Shown: piece by piece, positions 38,731 to 51,518 of the stretch
How positions within the stretch are numbered: the stretch's first letter is position 1
How the letters are laid out: every line of letters starts with the position of its first letter
NCBI GenBank assembly: GCA_019244185.1
Contig: JAFATB010000018.1
Location: 32,001 to 96,000, forward strand
DNA from: Acidobacteriota bacterium
Lineage (GTDB): Bacteria; Acidobacteriota; Thermoanaerobaculia; Gp7-AA8
DNA: 64,000 nt
Reading direction: 5' to 3'
Translations under genes and position numbers: made by a program
The notes under the pieces: model-generated
Database searches by the model: none
The model's input: only the letters and a program-made list of their open reading frames with translations
Told to the model about the DNA's origin: nothing

Positions 38731-39131
38731 CGCGGTGGCGCGCGGCTGCCGTGGTGCGCGCGCCGCGGCCGCAGCCGGCGAGCGTCTGCAGACGGTGCGT
38801 GACGCGGCGTTCGGCAGCGCGTTGATCGAAGTAAGAGTGTGGACGACGTCGGTCATCGCGATTTCTCCGGGGTCGTTGCGTGCGGATTGAGCTCGGAGTC
38901 GGAGAGCGTCTGCACGCCGTGCGCGACGAGTCGCTCGCGCGGACGTTCATCCGAGGGAAGGTCGGAGATGACATGCGTCATCGCGGTGGCGCGCGGCTGC
39001 CGTGGCGCGCGCGCCGGAGCCGCAGCCGGCGAGCGTCTGCAGATGGTGCGTGACGAGGCGTTCGGCAGCGCGTTGATCGAAGTAAGAGTGTGGACGACGT
39101 CGGTCATCGCGATTTCTCCGGGGTCGTTGCG
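38637..39131. repeat. Tandem 244-bp direct duplication of the radC 5' end and upstream region
   Basis: 38637-38880 versus 38888-39131, period 251, 8 mismatches counted by eye. Confidence 0.92.
38853..39107 (-). pseudogene. Truncated radC 5' fragment (duplicate copy)
   Basis: Encodes ..MTHVISDLPSDERPRERLVAHGVQTLSDSEL, then runs out of homology and stops at 38853. Confidence 0.7.
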
Positions 39132-39189
39132 GGTCGGGCTTGAGGACCTCTGCAAACGGTGAATGGCAGAGGCAGCGAAACCCTCCCGC

Positions 39190-39912
39190 TCATCGCAGCT
39201 GCTCCAGGATCGCGTCGACGATCGGCGGAATCGCGGTGCCCGCCTTTTCCGCGACGACGAGATCGCACGAGGAGCGGAACGGCGTCATATCGGGATTGAT
39301 CTCGATCGACAGGCCGTGACAGAAGTGGACGAGGCTCGAGGCGGGGTAGACGATGCCGGACGTGCCGATGACGAGGAGGAGGCTCGTGCGCTCGATGGCG
39401 TGAACGGATCGTTCGATCGTCTCCATCGGGATGCGTTCGCCGAACCAGACGACGTCGGGGCGCAGCAGTGCGCCGCAGGAGCAGCGCGGCGGAAGTTCGG
39501 GAAACGCATCGCGGCGCGTCGACGTCGTTCCCTCGCGCGTGCAGCAGACGCGAAAGATGTTGCCGTGGAGCTCCGTGACGTGTTCCGAGCCTGCGCGCGC
39601 GTGCAGTCCGTCGATGTTCTGCGTGATCACGAGCGCGTCGTGAAGGCGGGCGATGGCATCGTGTGCGGCGTTCGGCTTCGCCTCGCGAATGAGCTTGCGG
39701 CGCCACTCGTACCACTCCCACACGAGCGCGGGATCGCGAGCGAACGCTTCCGGGGTCGCGAGGTCTTCCGCGCGGAACGTGCGCCACAGACCGTCGGCGT
39801 CGCGGAAGGTGGGGATGCCGCTTTCGGCGGACACGCCGGCGCCGGTGTAGACGACGACGCGTTCGAGCGCGAGATTGCGGATGGCGGCGATGGCTTCGTC
39901 GATGCTCGTCAC
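39190..39912 (-). CDS. cobB: NAD-dependent protein deacylase (Sir2 family)
   Basis: GAGVSAESGIPTFR, TQNIDGLH, HG, RPDVVWFGE, GTS. Confidence 0.93.
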   Translation of the reverse strand: MTSIDEAIAAIRNLALERVVVYTGAGVSAESGIPTFRDADGLWRTFRAEDLATPEAFARDPALVWEWYEWRRKLIREAKPNAAHDAIARLHDALVITQNIDGLHARAGSEHVTELHGNIFRVCCTREGTTSTRRDAFPELPPRCSCGALLRPDVVWFGERIPMETIERSVHAIERTSLLLVIGTSGIVYPASSLVHFCHGLSIEINPDMTPFRSSCDLVVAEKAGTAIPPIVDAILEQLR

Positions 39913-40046
39913 GCGAACGAGACTAAATCGACGGTGTCAACAGGCCCGTGAAAATCTACCGGAGCGGAGGATCCGCCGGTTTCCGAGGGCAACGTTTCGT
40001 GTGCAAATCGATACGCGGCGTAGAACGCGCGCATCGATGCCACGAA

Positions 40047-41021
40047 TCAGATCTTCGGAATCATGTCGTCGTGCACTTCGATGAACGCGTCCTTGCGGAG
40101 CGTTTCGACGTACGCCTTGTAGTCGCGCTGGAAGGTCTCTTCGCTCGCGTCCTTGCGTAGCTTGCCTTTGATCGATTCGAACGCCGGCACTTCGGACGGC
40201 AGGCGCTGCTCGACTTTCAGGATGTGCCAGCCGGACTTCGTTTCGATCGGGCCGAGGATGGCGCCGGTCTGCGCGTTGAAGACGGCGGTGTCGAGGTCGG
40301 CGACCATGTCGCCTTTGTTGATCTCGCCGACGTCGCCGCCTTTGTCGCGGGTGCTGGCCTCGGACATCGTGGACGCGATCTGCGCGAAGTCGGCGCCTTG
40401 CTTGCGGACGGCGGCGGCGATCTCGGTGGCGCGCTGGTGTGCTTCGAGCTCCTTCGCGGGCGTGTCGGGTTTCAGGACGACGATCTCGCGCAGGTGCGCG
40501 CGCTCGGGGAGGCGGTACGTTTCCTTCTCGCGGTTGTAGCGCTCGCGGAGCTCGGCGTCGGTGAGATCTTCGCGGCTGCGGAGCTCGCGGCTGAAGACTT
40601 TCTGCGTGAGGAGCGTGTCGCGGAGGCGCGTCTCCATCTCGGCGCGCGTGAGGCCGGACTGGCGCAGCGAGTCTTCGAACTGCTGGTCGGTGCTGATGTT
40701 GTACTGCTGTTTGAGGTGGGCGATCGCTTCCTTGATTTCGCTCTCGGAGATGGAGATGCCGAGGCGGTCCGCGCGGTCTTTGATGAGCAGCTCGCTGACC
40801 ATGTCGTTGACGAGGTTCTTGCGAACGGCGTCCTTGCGCGCGGCGACCTGCTCGGGCGGCGTGTTCTGCTGGACTTCGTTCAGCATGTCGCGCAGGCGGC
40901 GCTCGTACTGCGTGCGCGTGACGATGCGGTCGCCGACGCGGATGACGATTCCTTCGAGCAGCTCGGCGCGAACGGAGACGGCCGCGACGGTGAGGGCAAG
41001 GGCGATGAGACTCTTTTTCAT
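40047..41021 (-). CDS. SurA-like chaperone / parvulin peptidylprolyl isomerase
   Basis: Signal peptide; SurA N-domain-like helices; GGDVG, GWHILK. Confidence 0.85.
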   Translation of the reverse strand: MKKSLIALALTVAAVSVRAELLEGIVIRVGDRIVTRTQYERRLRDMLNEVQQNTPPEQVAARKDAVRKNLVNDMVSELLIKDRADRLGISISESEIKEAIAHLKQQYNISTDQQFEDSLRQSGLTRAEMETRLRDTLLTQKVFSRELRSREDLTDAELRERYNREKETYRLPERAHLREIVVLKPDTPAKELEAHQRATEIAAAVRKQGADFAQIASTMSEASTRDKGGDVGEINKGDMVADLDTAVFNAQTGAILGPIETKSGWHILKVEQRLPSEVPAFESIKGKLRKDASEETFQRDYKAYVETLRKDAFIEVHDDMIPKI

Positions 41022-41063
41022 GGTCAGATGCTCAGACGTGCTTGCGGGACAACAAGTTCGGCG

Positions 41064-41969
41064 CTACTCGTCTTCCGCCTTCGGAAGGGTGCCCGAGTAG
41101 CGGTACGGCAGCCGGCGTGTCAGCACCGCGATCTTCATTTCCTGCCGGCATTTGGCGACGAGTTGGGCGAGGCGGTCGCGCAGCGCGTCTTCCTTCATGC
41201 GCGTGCGGATCAGCGGCTCGGCGGAGCGGAAGTCGAGCATGCCGGGCGCGCGGCGCTCGTCGACCTGAAAGATGTGGAAGCTCGAGTCCGTGCGGATGAC
41301 ATTGCTGAACGTGCCCGCGGGGAGGCGGAAGATCTCGTCCTCGAACATCTTCGGCAGTTCGCCGCGGCTGACGAAGCCGATCTCGCCGCCGCGTTTCGCG
41401 TTCGGCGCGAGCGAGTACTGCGTGGAGAGGTCCGCGAACGACGCGCCTTCCTTCAGCTTCTTCACGATGTCGTTGGCGAGGTTCTCGTCGTGCACGAGGA
41501 TCTGGCGGACGCGCACTTCCTCGCCGCTGCGGAAGTCGGCCTGGTGCTGCATGTAGTACGACTGCACGTCCGCGTCGCTCGGCTCCGTGACTTCGGACAT
41601 CAGCTGCGCGAGCACTTTGTCGCGGCGCATCTGATCGCGTTTCTCGATGACCGTCGCGCCGGCTTCCGTGCGCACGGCCGCGGCGATCTTCTCCGCCGGC
41701 ACTTCGACGCCGTGCGAGGCCGCGTATTCGGACACGATGATCTCTTCCTCGACGAACTGATCGAGCATCGCGCTCGCGGCCTCCGGCGTCAGCTGTGAGA
41801 GATCGGTACCGCCGTTGTGATCGAGATAGCGTTTGAAGTCGCCGAGGGTAATCATGCGTTCGTTGACGCGCGCGATGACGTCGGGAGGAACGGCCGGCTT
41901 CCGCTTGCACGCGTGCAGGCCGAGGAGCGGAACGAGGAGCGTGAAGATCGCGACGCGGCGGGCGAACAT
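41064..41969 (-). CDS. Parvulin (PpiC) peptidylprolyl isomerase, probable lipoprotein
   Basis: Lipobox LHAC; VRQIL, GGEIG, FHIF. Confidence 0.85.
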   Translation of the reverse strand: MFARRVAIFTLLVPLLGLHACKRKPAVPPDVIARVNERMITLGDFKRYLDHNGGTDLSQLTPEAASAMLDQFVEEEIIVSEYAASHGVEVPAEKIAAAVRTEAGATVIEKRDQMRRDKVLAQLMSEVTEPSDADVQSYYMQHQADFRSGEEVRVRQILVHDENLANDIVKKLKEGASFADLSTQYSLAPNAKRGGEIGFVSRGELPKMFEDEIFRLPAGTFSNVIRTDSSFHIFQVDERRAPGMLDFRSAEPLIRTRMKEDALRDRLAQLVAKCRQEMKIAVLTRRLPYRYSGTLPKAEDE

Positions 41970-42021
41970 GCGACGGGCTGGGGCGGAGTCTATCAGAGCG
42001 GACGCGGCGCCGCGGTGACGT

Positions 42022-45447
<3,426 letters not shown>

Positions 45448-45472
45448 CCGCGCGCGCGATTCTACTTGGGAG

Positions 45473-46903
45473 CTACGGCGCGAAATATCCTTTGATCGTT
45501 CGCGCGGTGAGCTTCGGCGAGTCGAGCACCACGCGGACGCGGCGCCACTCGTTCGACTTCGACAGATCGGAGACCTGATACGTGATCGCAAACTGCGCGC
45601 GCAGGTCCTTTTCGATCTCGTTGTATTTGGCCATGAGGTTCTGCTCGGTGGCGATGGCGACGAAGCCGCCGGTCTCGCCGGCGAGGTAGCGCAGGCGATC
45701 GAGGTCGCGCGCGTCGCTCTCGCCGCCGCTCTCGTACGCGATGAAGTAGATCGGAATGCCCGCTTCGCGTGCGGTCTGCTGGATGTCGTCGTACGTGTAG
45801 TTCGACGAGTTGTCGCTGCCGTCGGTGAGGATCACGATCGCGCGGCGGTTCTTCTCGTCGTGCAGCTCGCGGATCGCGCTCATGACGCCGTCGTACAGCG
45901 CCGTGCGTCCCAGCGGCCGGATGCCTTCGAGCGCTTTGGCGACCTGCGCGCGGTCGTCGGTGAGCGCCTGCTTGCGGCGCGGCACGTCCTGCACGGCGGT
46001 CACGCTGCAGCGGTCGCCCGCTTTGAGCGAGCGCGCCACGAACTCCGCGGCCGCTTTCTCCGCGTGGTCCATCGAGTAGGTCATGCTCGCGGACGCGTCG
46101 AGCAGCAGCGCGATCGAAATCGGCTGATCGAACGCCTTGCCGAACTCGATGATCTTCGCTTCCGATTCGTTGTCGAGGATGCGGAAGTGCGAGGCGTCGA
46201 CGTCGTCGCGCGTCTGCCCGTTGCGGTCGACGACGGAGACGAAGATCGGCACCGTGCGCACCTGCAGCTCTTCCGCGTGGACGTTGCCCGCGGGCGACCA
46301 GAAGTCCGCCGCTTCTTCTCCCGACTTCGTTTTCGCGGTGACCTGCACCAGTCCCGCCGCCAACATCCCCTCGGGGATCGTGAAGCGATACGGCTCACTC
46401 GTCGCCGTCTGCGCGACGCGGCCGTTGTCCCACAGCTGCACGCTCACGATCGGATCGTCTTTCGGCGCGGTGACCGCCGCCTCGAACACGCGCGCGGCGA
46501 GATCGACCGGCTGCACTTTCAGCGTCAGAGGAAGGTTGCCGCGGTTGATCGTCTGCTGCCACTGCGCGCGCTTGCCGCCCGCGCCGCGCACGACGACGCC
46601 GATGCGGTGCTGGATCGCGATCGGACCGAAGTCGACGGCCACGTGATACGGCGAGAGCAGGCTGTCGGCGACTTTCTGGCCGTCGACCGTCACCGTGACT
46701 TTGGCGTTGTCGAGACCGGGGTCGACGGCGAGGTCGACGATGCCGCTGTATTCGCCCGCGAGCTCGTGCTCGCTGTTGCGCGCGAGAACGAGCTGCGTGG
46801 CGGCGGCGCGGGTGGCGGTGGCGAGGAGGAGGAGCGCGAGGAAGGCGAGCAGCGTCGTGTCAGGGCGCGGACGGGGTGGGGGGACTTCCGTGGGTTGCTT
46901 CAT
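45473..46903 (-). CDS. Exported Ig-like + VWA domain protein (third VWA paralog)
   Basis: Signal peptide; DASAS MIDAS, TALYD, LTDG, ETGG, LRAQF, KGYFAP. Confidence 0.85.
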   Translation of the reverse strand: MKQPTEVPPPRPRPDTTLLAFLALLLLATATRAAATQLVLARNSEHELAGEYSGIVDLAVDPGLDNAKVTVTVDGQKVADSLLSPYHVAVDFGPIAIQHRIGVVVRGAGGKRAQWQQTINRGNLPLTLKVQPVDLAARVFEAAVTAPKDDPIVSVQLWDNGRVAQTATSEPYRFTIPEGMLAAGLVQVTAKTKSGEEAADFWSPAGNVHAEELQVRTVPIFVSVVDRNGQTRDDVDASHFRILDNESEAKIIEFGKAFDQPISIALLLDASASMTYSMDHAEKAAAEFVARSLKAGDRCSVTAVQDVPRRKQALTDDRAQVAKALEGIRPLGRTALYDGVMSAIRELHDEKNRRAIVILTDGSDNSSNYTYDDIQQTAREAGIPIYFIAYESGGESDARDLDRLRYLAGETGGFVAIATEQNLMAKYNEIEKDLRAQFAITYQVSDLSKSNEWRRVRVVLDSPKLTARTIKGYFAP

Positions 46904-49025
46904 AAATCCGCCGATATTCAAAACGGTTCCGGGTAACCGTCTTCACATAGAGTCGTGTCTCCGCATAAGGAATCGTTTCGATGAATCGGTCGATGTCATC
47001 GGCGGGCGTCATCTCAAGCCATGTGCCAACGGCCTGTTCGCCCGCGTTGTAGGCGGCGATGGCGAGGATGGGGTTGCTACGCATGCGCGCGAGTTTCTGC
47101 GCGTACTCGGCCGCGCCGACGGCGATGTTCGTCGCGGGATCGAAGAGCTGCTCGCGCGAGACCGTTTCCGCGACGCCGGCCGCGCTCGCGATTTGCGTCG
47201 CTTCCTCCGGCATGATCTGCATGAGGCCGACCGCGCCGGCGTTCGACACCGTCGACGGCTCGAACCCGCTCTCCTGGCGGATGATCGACGCGACGAGATA
47301 CGGATCGACGCCGCGCTTCTCCGCTTCGGCGCGGATCGCATCAAAGTACGCGAGCGGGAAGAGGATCTCCCAGAAGCGCTGCGGGATGTTCGTGCCGCCG
47401 TGGCGCACGAAGTTGCGGAAGCGGCGCTGCAGCACGGAGTTCGCCTTGAACGGCTCGCCGCCGCTGACGTAGACGTCCGCGAGCAGGAACGCGACCGCGG
47501 GATTGTCGTCGTATTTCGCCGCGAGCAGTTTCATCTCCCGCGCGGCGCTGCGCGTGAGCTCGAGCTCGAGCAGTTCGTCGACGGCCCCGAAGCGTGGATC
47601 GCTCAGCGTCGAGAGCTGCGCGTCGATGTCGGGAAACGCGGCGGTCGAAGCCATCGGCGTGTTGCGCACCGACGGCCAGAGCTCTTTCGCGCGATACGCG
47701 TAGTAGCTGAACGGATACTCGGCGACGATCTGCGCCGCCTTCGCATCGCGGCGCGCGGCATCGCCGGCGCGGTCGTAGAGCTTCGCCGACCAGAAGAGCG
47801 AGTTCGTCTTCCAGTCGCCGTCGGGATATTGCGCGATGTAGCGGTCGAACGTCCGCAGCGCGTCGTCCGTTTTGCCGGCGAGGAGATACGTCCAGCCGAG
47901 GTTCCAGATGTTCTCGCCGTCGCTGCCGGTGGCGCCGCCTGCGATCGCGGCGTCGAGGTCGGCGATCGCGCGCGTGTAGTCGATCTGATCGGTGATGAAG
48001 AACTTCGCGCGCTGCACTTTCGCGTCGAGAGTCTCGCGGCTGGTGGGGAAGTCCTTCTCCAGCTTGGCGATGCCGGCGAGAAACTCCTGCGGCTGACCCG
48101 CGCGCCACGCGGCGCGCGCGCGGAGGAGGATCAGCGCGGGATCGCCGAGATCGGCGTACGTCGTCTCCTGCAGCAGCTGCGTGTAATGCCGCGAGTTGAA
48201 GAGGGCCCGCATGCGCGCGCCGCGCGCCTCGGGCGCGCCGGGCGTGCGGTTGTACAGCTCGAGCGCCTCGTCGTAGTGATCCGTGCGCGCGAGCTTGCCC
48301 GCGAGCGCGAGCTGATCCGCTGGCGGAAGCTGCGCGATCGACGTGCGCAGCGCGGCGTACGTCTGCTCCGTGTAGCGCCCCTGCGTGTAGTCGTTGAGGA
48401 GGCGCATGCGCAGCGTCGTGGCGAGATCGGCGCGATCCGCTTTCGCGAGCGCGGTCGCGAGCGCGACGAAGTCGCCTTCGGTGAGCTCGTCGATCGGTAC
48501 CTGCATCGCCTGCGCGAACGCGGCATCGGTCGCCGCGCGGTCGCTCTGTTGCGCGTAGAGCGCGGGCAAACGCAGGCGCGCGACCGTTGCCGCCGACGTC
48601 TCGCCGAGCGCGACGAGCTGCGATGCGACGGAAACCGCGCGTGCGAGATCGTTCGTCGCCACCGCCGCGTCGATCGTGCGCAGGCGCAGGAACGGCGCGA
48701 CGATCGGGTTCGCCTCCGCCGCCTTATCGAGCAGCGGCAGCGCTTCCGCGTAGCGTTTCTCCTCGACGAGCGACAGCGCGTGCAGCGCGAGCGCGCGTCG
48801 CCGCGTCGTTTCATCCGCCGACGTCGACAACGCTTCCAGCGCGGCGTCGTACTTCGCGCGATCGTCGTGCAGCGCGCGCGCGTCCTCGAGCGTCGTCACG
48901 CTCGGCGCGACCACGGCCGGCGGCGCCGCCACCGGCGCGGTCTGCGCGCTCCGCGGTTGCGCGCATCCCCACATCCAACCACCCGCTACGACTGCGGCAA
49001 CGACTGCGGTACGGCCCTGACCCAT
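46860..49025 (-). CDS. Soluble lytic transglycosylase with TPR-like repeats, probable lipoprotein
   Basis: IRQES, GLMQ, AYNAG, ETRLYV; N-terminal WMWGC. Confidence 0.9.
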   Translation of the reverse strand: MGQGRTAVVAAVVAGGWMWGCAQPRSAQTAPVAAPPAVVAPSVTTLEDARALHDDRAKYDAALEALSTSADETTRRRALALHALSLVEEKRYAEALPLLDKAAEANPIVAPFLRLRTIDAAVATNDLARAVSVASQLVALGETSAATVARLRLPALYAQQSDRAATDAAFAQAMQVPIDELTEGDFVALATALAKADRADLATTLRMRLLNDYTQGRYTEQTYAALRTSIAQLPPADQLALAGKLARTDHYDEALELYNRTPGAPEARGARMRALFNSRHYTQLLQETTYADLGDPALILLRARAAWRAGQPQEFLAGIAKLEKDFPTSRETLDAKVQRAKFFITDQIDYTRAIADLDAAIAGGATGSDGENIWNLGWTYLLAGKTDDALRTFDRYIAQYPDGDWKTNSLFWSAKLYDRAGDAARRDAKAAQIVAEYPFSYYAYRAKELWPSVRNTPMASTAAFPDIDAQLSTLSDPRFGAVDELLELELTRSAAREMKLLAAKYDDNPAVAFLLADVYVSGGEPFKANSVLQRRFRNFVRHGGTNIPQRFWEILFPLAYFDAIRAEAEKRGVDPYLVASIIRQESGFEPSTVSNAGAVGLMQIMPEEATQIASAAGVAETVSREQLFDPATNIAVGAAEYAQKLARMRSNPILAIAAYNAGEQAVGTWLEMTPADDIDRFIETIPYAETRLYVKTVTRNRFEYRRIYEATHGSPPTPSAP

Positions 49026-49375
49026 CGCTCCCCCTCGGATTCGAATCCCACGCGCCGGAAGAACTCGCGCGCCTCGCCGGCGTCGTCGACGACGATCGTC
49101 CGCCGGTCCATCTTCGCGGCGAGCTGCTCGAGCTCGCGCAGCATCACGCGCCCGATCCACTTCCGTCGCAGCTCGCGCGCGACGACGATCTGCTCGAGGC
49201 GCATCGCGTCGTCCTCGATGTCGATGCCGATCACCGCGACGACGTCGCCGAGGAGCTTCCCGAGCAGGCCGCATGCCGGAGGCGTGACGCCGGGCGCGTG
49301 ACGCGCGAAGAAGGCGTGCAATGCGTCCGAATCGGACGCTTCGATGGGGCGGACGAAGAGGCGAAGACCGCGCAC
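48986..49375 (-). CDS. GNAT family N-acetyltransferase
   Basis: VARELRRKWIGR motif A; AREFFRRVGF. Confidence 0.75.
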   Translation of the reverse strand: MRGLRLFVRPIEASDSDALHAFFARHAPGVTPPACGLLGKLLGDVVAVIGIDIEDDAMRLEQIVVARELRRKWIGRVMLRELEQLAAKMDRRTIVVDDAGEAREFFRRVGFESEGERWVRAVPQSLPQS

Positions 49376-49515
49376 GGGATGGAGTGTAACTGCCGGACTG
49401 GAATGCTCTTACAGCATATTCCAACCAGCAAATAATTTCTTGACAAAAATGTTGCGCGCCGCGACACTGCCACACGGTTCAGCTCCGGCAAAAATTAGCG
49501 TCCAGGCGAATTACT

Positions 49516-50490
49516 ATGAACGTGCAGCAGGCGATCGCCCAATTCCTCGAACATGGGCAGCAGGTGCGCAATCTGTCCGATCGGACACTGCGCGCATACC
49601 AGTCGGACCTCGCGCAGTTTCACCTGCACATGAACGACACGCCGGCCGTCGAGATCACGCCGGAGCATCTCGAGACCTATCTCGACAAGCTCGGCGGCGG
49701 TCCGTATCGCGACACGTCCATCCGCCGCAAGGTCGCCGCGCTGAAAGTCTTCTTCCGCTATCTCGAAGAGCAGGGCATCGTCAGCGAGTCGCCGGCGCGC
49801 CGCCTCAAGATCCGCAAGCCGATCGAGAGCCGCGTGCCGACGGTGCTGTCGCAGCGTGAAGTGCGCGCGCTCCTCGCCGCGCCGAAGGAGCAGGTCGCCG
49901 AGCTCACCGCGTCGCGCGATCATTCCGCCGGCAGCCGCAACCGCTACTTCTGCGCGGTGCGCGACAACGTCATCCTCGAGCTGCTCTTCTCGACCGGCAT
50001 CCGCATCGGCGAGCTGGTCGCGTTGAACGTCGCCGACGTCGATCTCGATCGCCGGCAGATCCAGATCACCGGACGCGCGACGCGCGGCCGCGCGGTCATG
50101 CTCGCCACCGACGACGTCGTCGGCGCGATCGGCTCGTACCTCGAGCTCCGCTCCGAGCGCAGCCTCGCGACGCCCGCGCTCTTCGTCGGCCGCTCCGGAA
50201 CGCGCCTCACCATCTACTCGATCGAGAACATCTTCAAGAAGCACGTGCGCCTCGCCGAGATCAAGCGCCACGTGACGCCGCACGCGCTGCGCCACACCAT
50301 GGCCGCGATGCTCGTCTCCTCCGGCGCCGACATCAAGGACGTGCAGGAAATCCTCGGCCACGCATCGATTCTCTCGACGCAGGTCTACACGCGCCTCCCC
50401 ATCCAGAAGCGCGCGAAGAGCACGCCGCAGCACATCACGCGCATCGTCGCCGAGGCCGCGGGCACGCGCCTCATGATCAAGAAGCAGTAG
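49516..50490 (+). CDS. Tyrosine recombinase, XerC/XerD-like
   Basis: TLRAYQSDL, TGIRIGEL, HALRH, LGHASILSTQVYT; AT-rich upstream region with TTGACA at 49441. Confidence 0.9.
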   Translation: MNVQQAIAQFLEHGQQVRNLSDRTLRAYQSDLAQFHLHMNDTPAVEITPEHLETYLDKLGGGPYRDTSIRRKVAALKVFFRYLEEQGIVSESPARRLKIRKPIESRVPTVLSQREVRALLAAPKEQVAELTASRDHSAGSRNRYFCAVRDNVILELLFSTGIRIGELVALNVADVDLDRRQIQITGRATRGRAVMLATDDVVGAIGSYLELRSERSLATPALFVGRSGTRLTIYSIENIFKKHVRLAEIKRHVTPHALRHTMAAMLVSSGADIKDVQEILGHASILSTQVYTRLPIQKRAKSTPQHITRIVAEAAGTRLMIKKQ

Positions 50491-50498
50491 CAACCGCG

Positions 50499-50930
50499 CT
50501 ACTGCTTCTTGTCCCGCACGACGACGCCGGTCGCTTCCTCGATCGCGCGCATCACCTTCTGAAAGCCGGCGAGGTCGCGAGGCGACACGCGTTCGCCGAT
50601 GGCCTGCTCGAGCTCTTCGACGAGCGCGTTCACGCGCACGGCGGCTTTGCGGCCGTCTTTCGTCAGCGCGACGAGCAGCGAGCGGCGATCGTTCGGGTTC
50701 TCCTCGCGCGCCACGAGGCCGCGCTCCTCGAGCCGGTCGAGGATGCTCGTCATCGTCGAATGCTTCGCGCCGAAGACGCGCGTGAGCTCCGAGACGGGAC
50801 ACGGTCCGTACGGCACGAGGTAGGTGAGGAGATGCCCTTCGATCGAGGCATGATCGGGCGAACGCTCTTCGAACCAGAGCGCGATCTGGCGGGTGGCGCG
50901 GTGGAGCGGGGAGAGGAAGGTCAGCGGCAT
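50499..50930 (-). CDS. MarR family transcriptional regulator
   Basis: STMTSILDRLEERGLV, DRRS, LTKDG. Confidence 0.92.
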   Translation of the reverse strand: MPLTFLSPLHRATRQIALWFEERSPDHASIEGHLLTYLVPYGPCPVSELTRVFGAKHSTMTSILDRLEERGLVAREENPNDRRSLLVALTKDGRKAAVRVNALVEELEQAIGERVSPRDLAGFQKVMRAIEEATGVVVRDKKQ

Positions 50931-50931
50931 A

Positions 50932-50973
50932 TTACGAAATCGTAACAACGCGAATTACTACGATATCGTAGTA
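50932..50973. promoter_or_regulatory. Two palindromic operators, likely MarR
   Basis: TTACGAAATCGTAA (50932-50945) and perfect TACTACGATATCGTAGTA (50956-50973) in the 53-bp divergent gap. Confidence 0.7.
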
Positions 50974-50983
50974 TAGCAGCATC

Positions 50984-51475
50984 ATGACGAATCAGCTCGC
51001 GGAGACCCTCGCCACGCAATTCAACATGACTGCCTTCATCGCCAACCGCAACCTCGACGGCCTGACGCACGAGGAGTCGCTCGTCGCCGCCGCGCCCGGC
51101 GGCAACAGCACGAACTGGATCCTCGGGCACGTCGTGGCCACGCGGAACGTCGTGCTCTCCGCCGTCGGCCAGCAGCCGGTGTGGGGCGAAGAGGAGCTGC
51201 GCCGCTACCGCCGCGGCAGCGGTCTTCTCGATGTGGACGACGCGCTGCCGCTCGACGACATCCAACGCGCGTTCGCCGAGTCGCAGGAGCGCCTCCTCGC
51301 CGGCATCGCCTCCGTGCCCGCCGACGACTGGGCCAAGCCCGCGCCGTTCAACGTCGGTCCCGTCGCCGAAACGCTCGGCAGTCTGCTCACGAAGATGGCC
51401 ATTCACGAGGGCTATCACCTCGGCCAGACCGGCATTCTGCGGCGCGTCGTCGGCAAGGAAGGCGCGCTCAAGTAG
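50984..51475 (+). CDS. DinB/YfiT family protein
   Basis: NWILGH and HEGYHLGQ His triad. Confidence 0.88.
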   Translation: MTNQLAETLATQFNMTAFIANRNLDGLTHEESLVAAAPGGNSTNWILGHVVATRNVVLSAVGQQPVWGEEELRRYRRGSGLLDVDDALPLDDIQRAFAESQERLLAGIASVPADDWAKPAPFNVGPVAETLGSLLTKMAIHEGYHLGQTGILRRVVGKEGALK

Positions 51476-51518
51476 CGCGCGGCGGCAACTTCGCGCCGCA
51501 CGCGCCGTATATCCGCGC

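Noticed and set aside
38059-39912. Sir2 plus JAB as an anti-phage system (Thoeris/CBASS-like)
   Set aside because: Sir2 is a canonical CobB-type deacylase and the JAB protein is full-length housekeeping RadC; no cyclase, TIR or E1/E2 genes nearby
39997-40040. Structured RNA between the surA-like gene and cobB
   Set aside because: A single imperfect hairpin, consistent with an ordinary terminator; no ncRNA family features
49516-50490. Integron integrase or prophage/ICE integrase
   Set aside because: No IntI-specific insertion, attC-like cassettes, adjacent tRNA, att repeats or phage/conjugation genes seen
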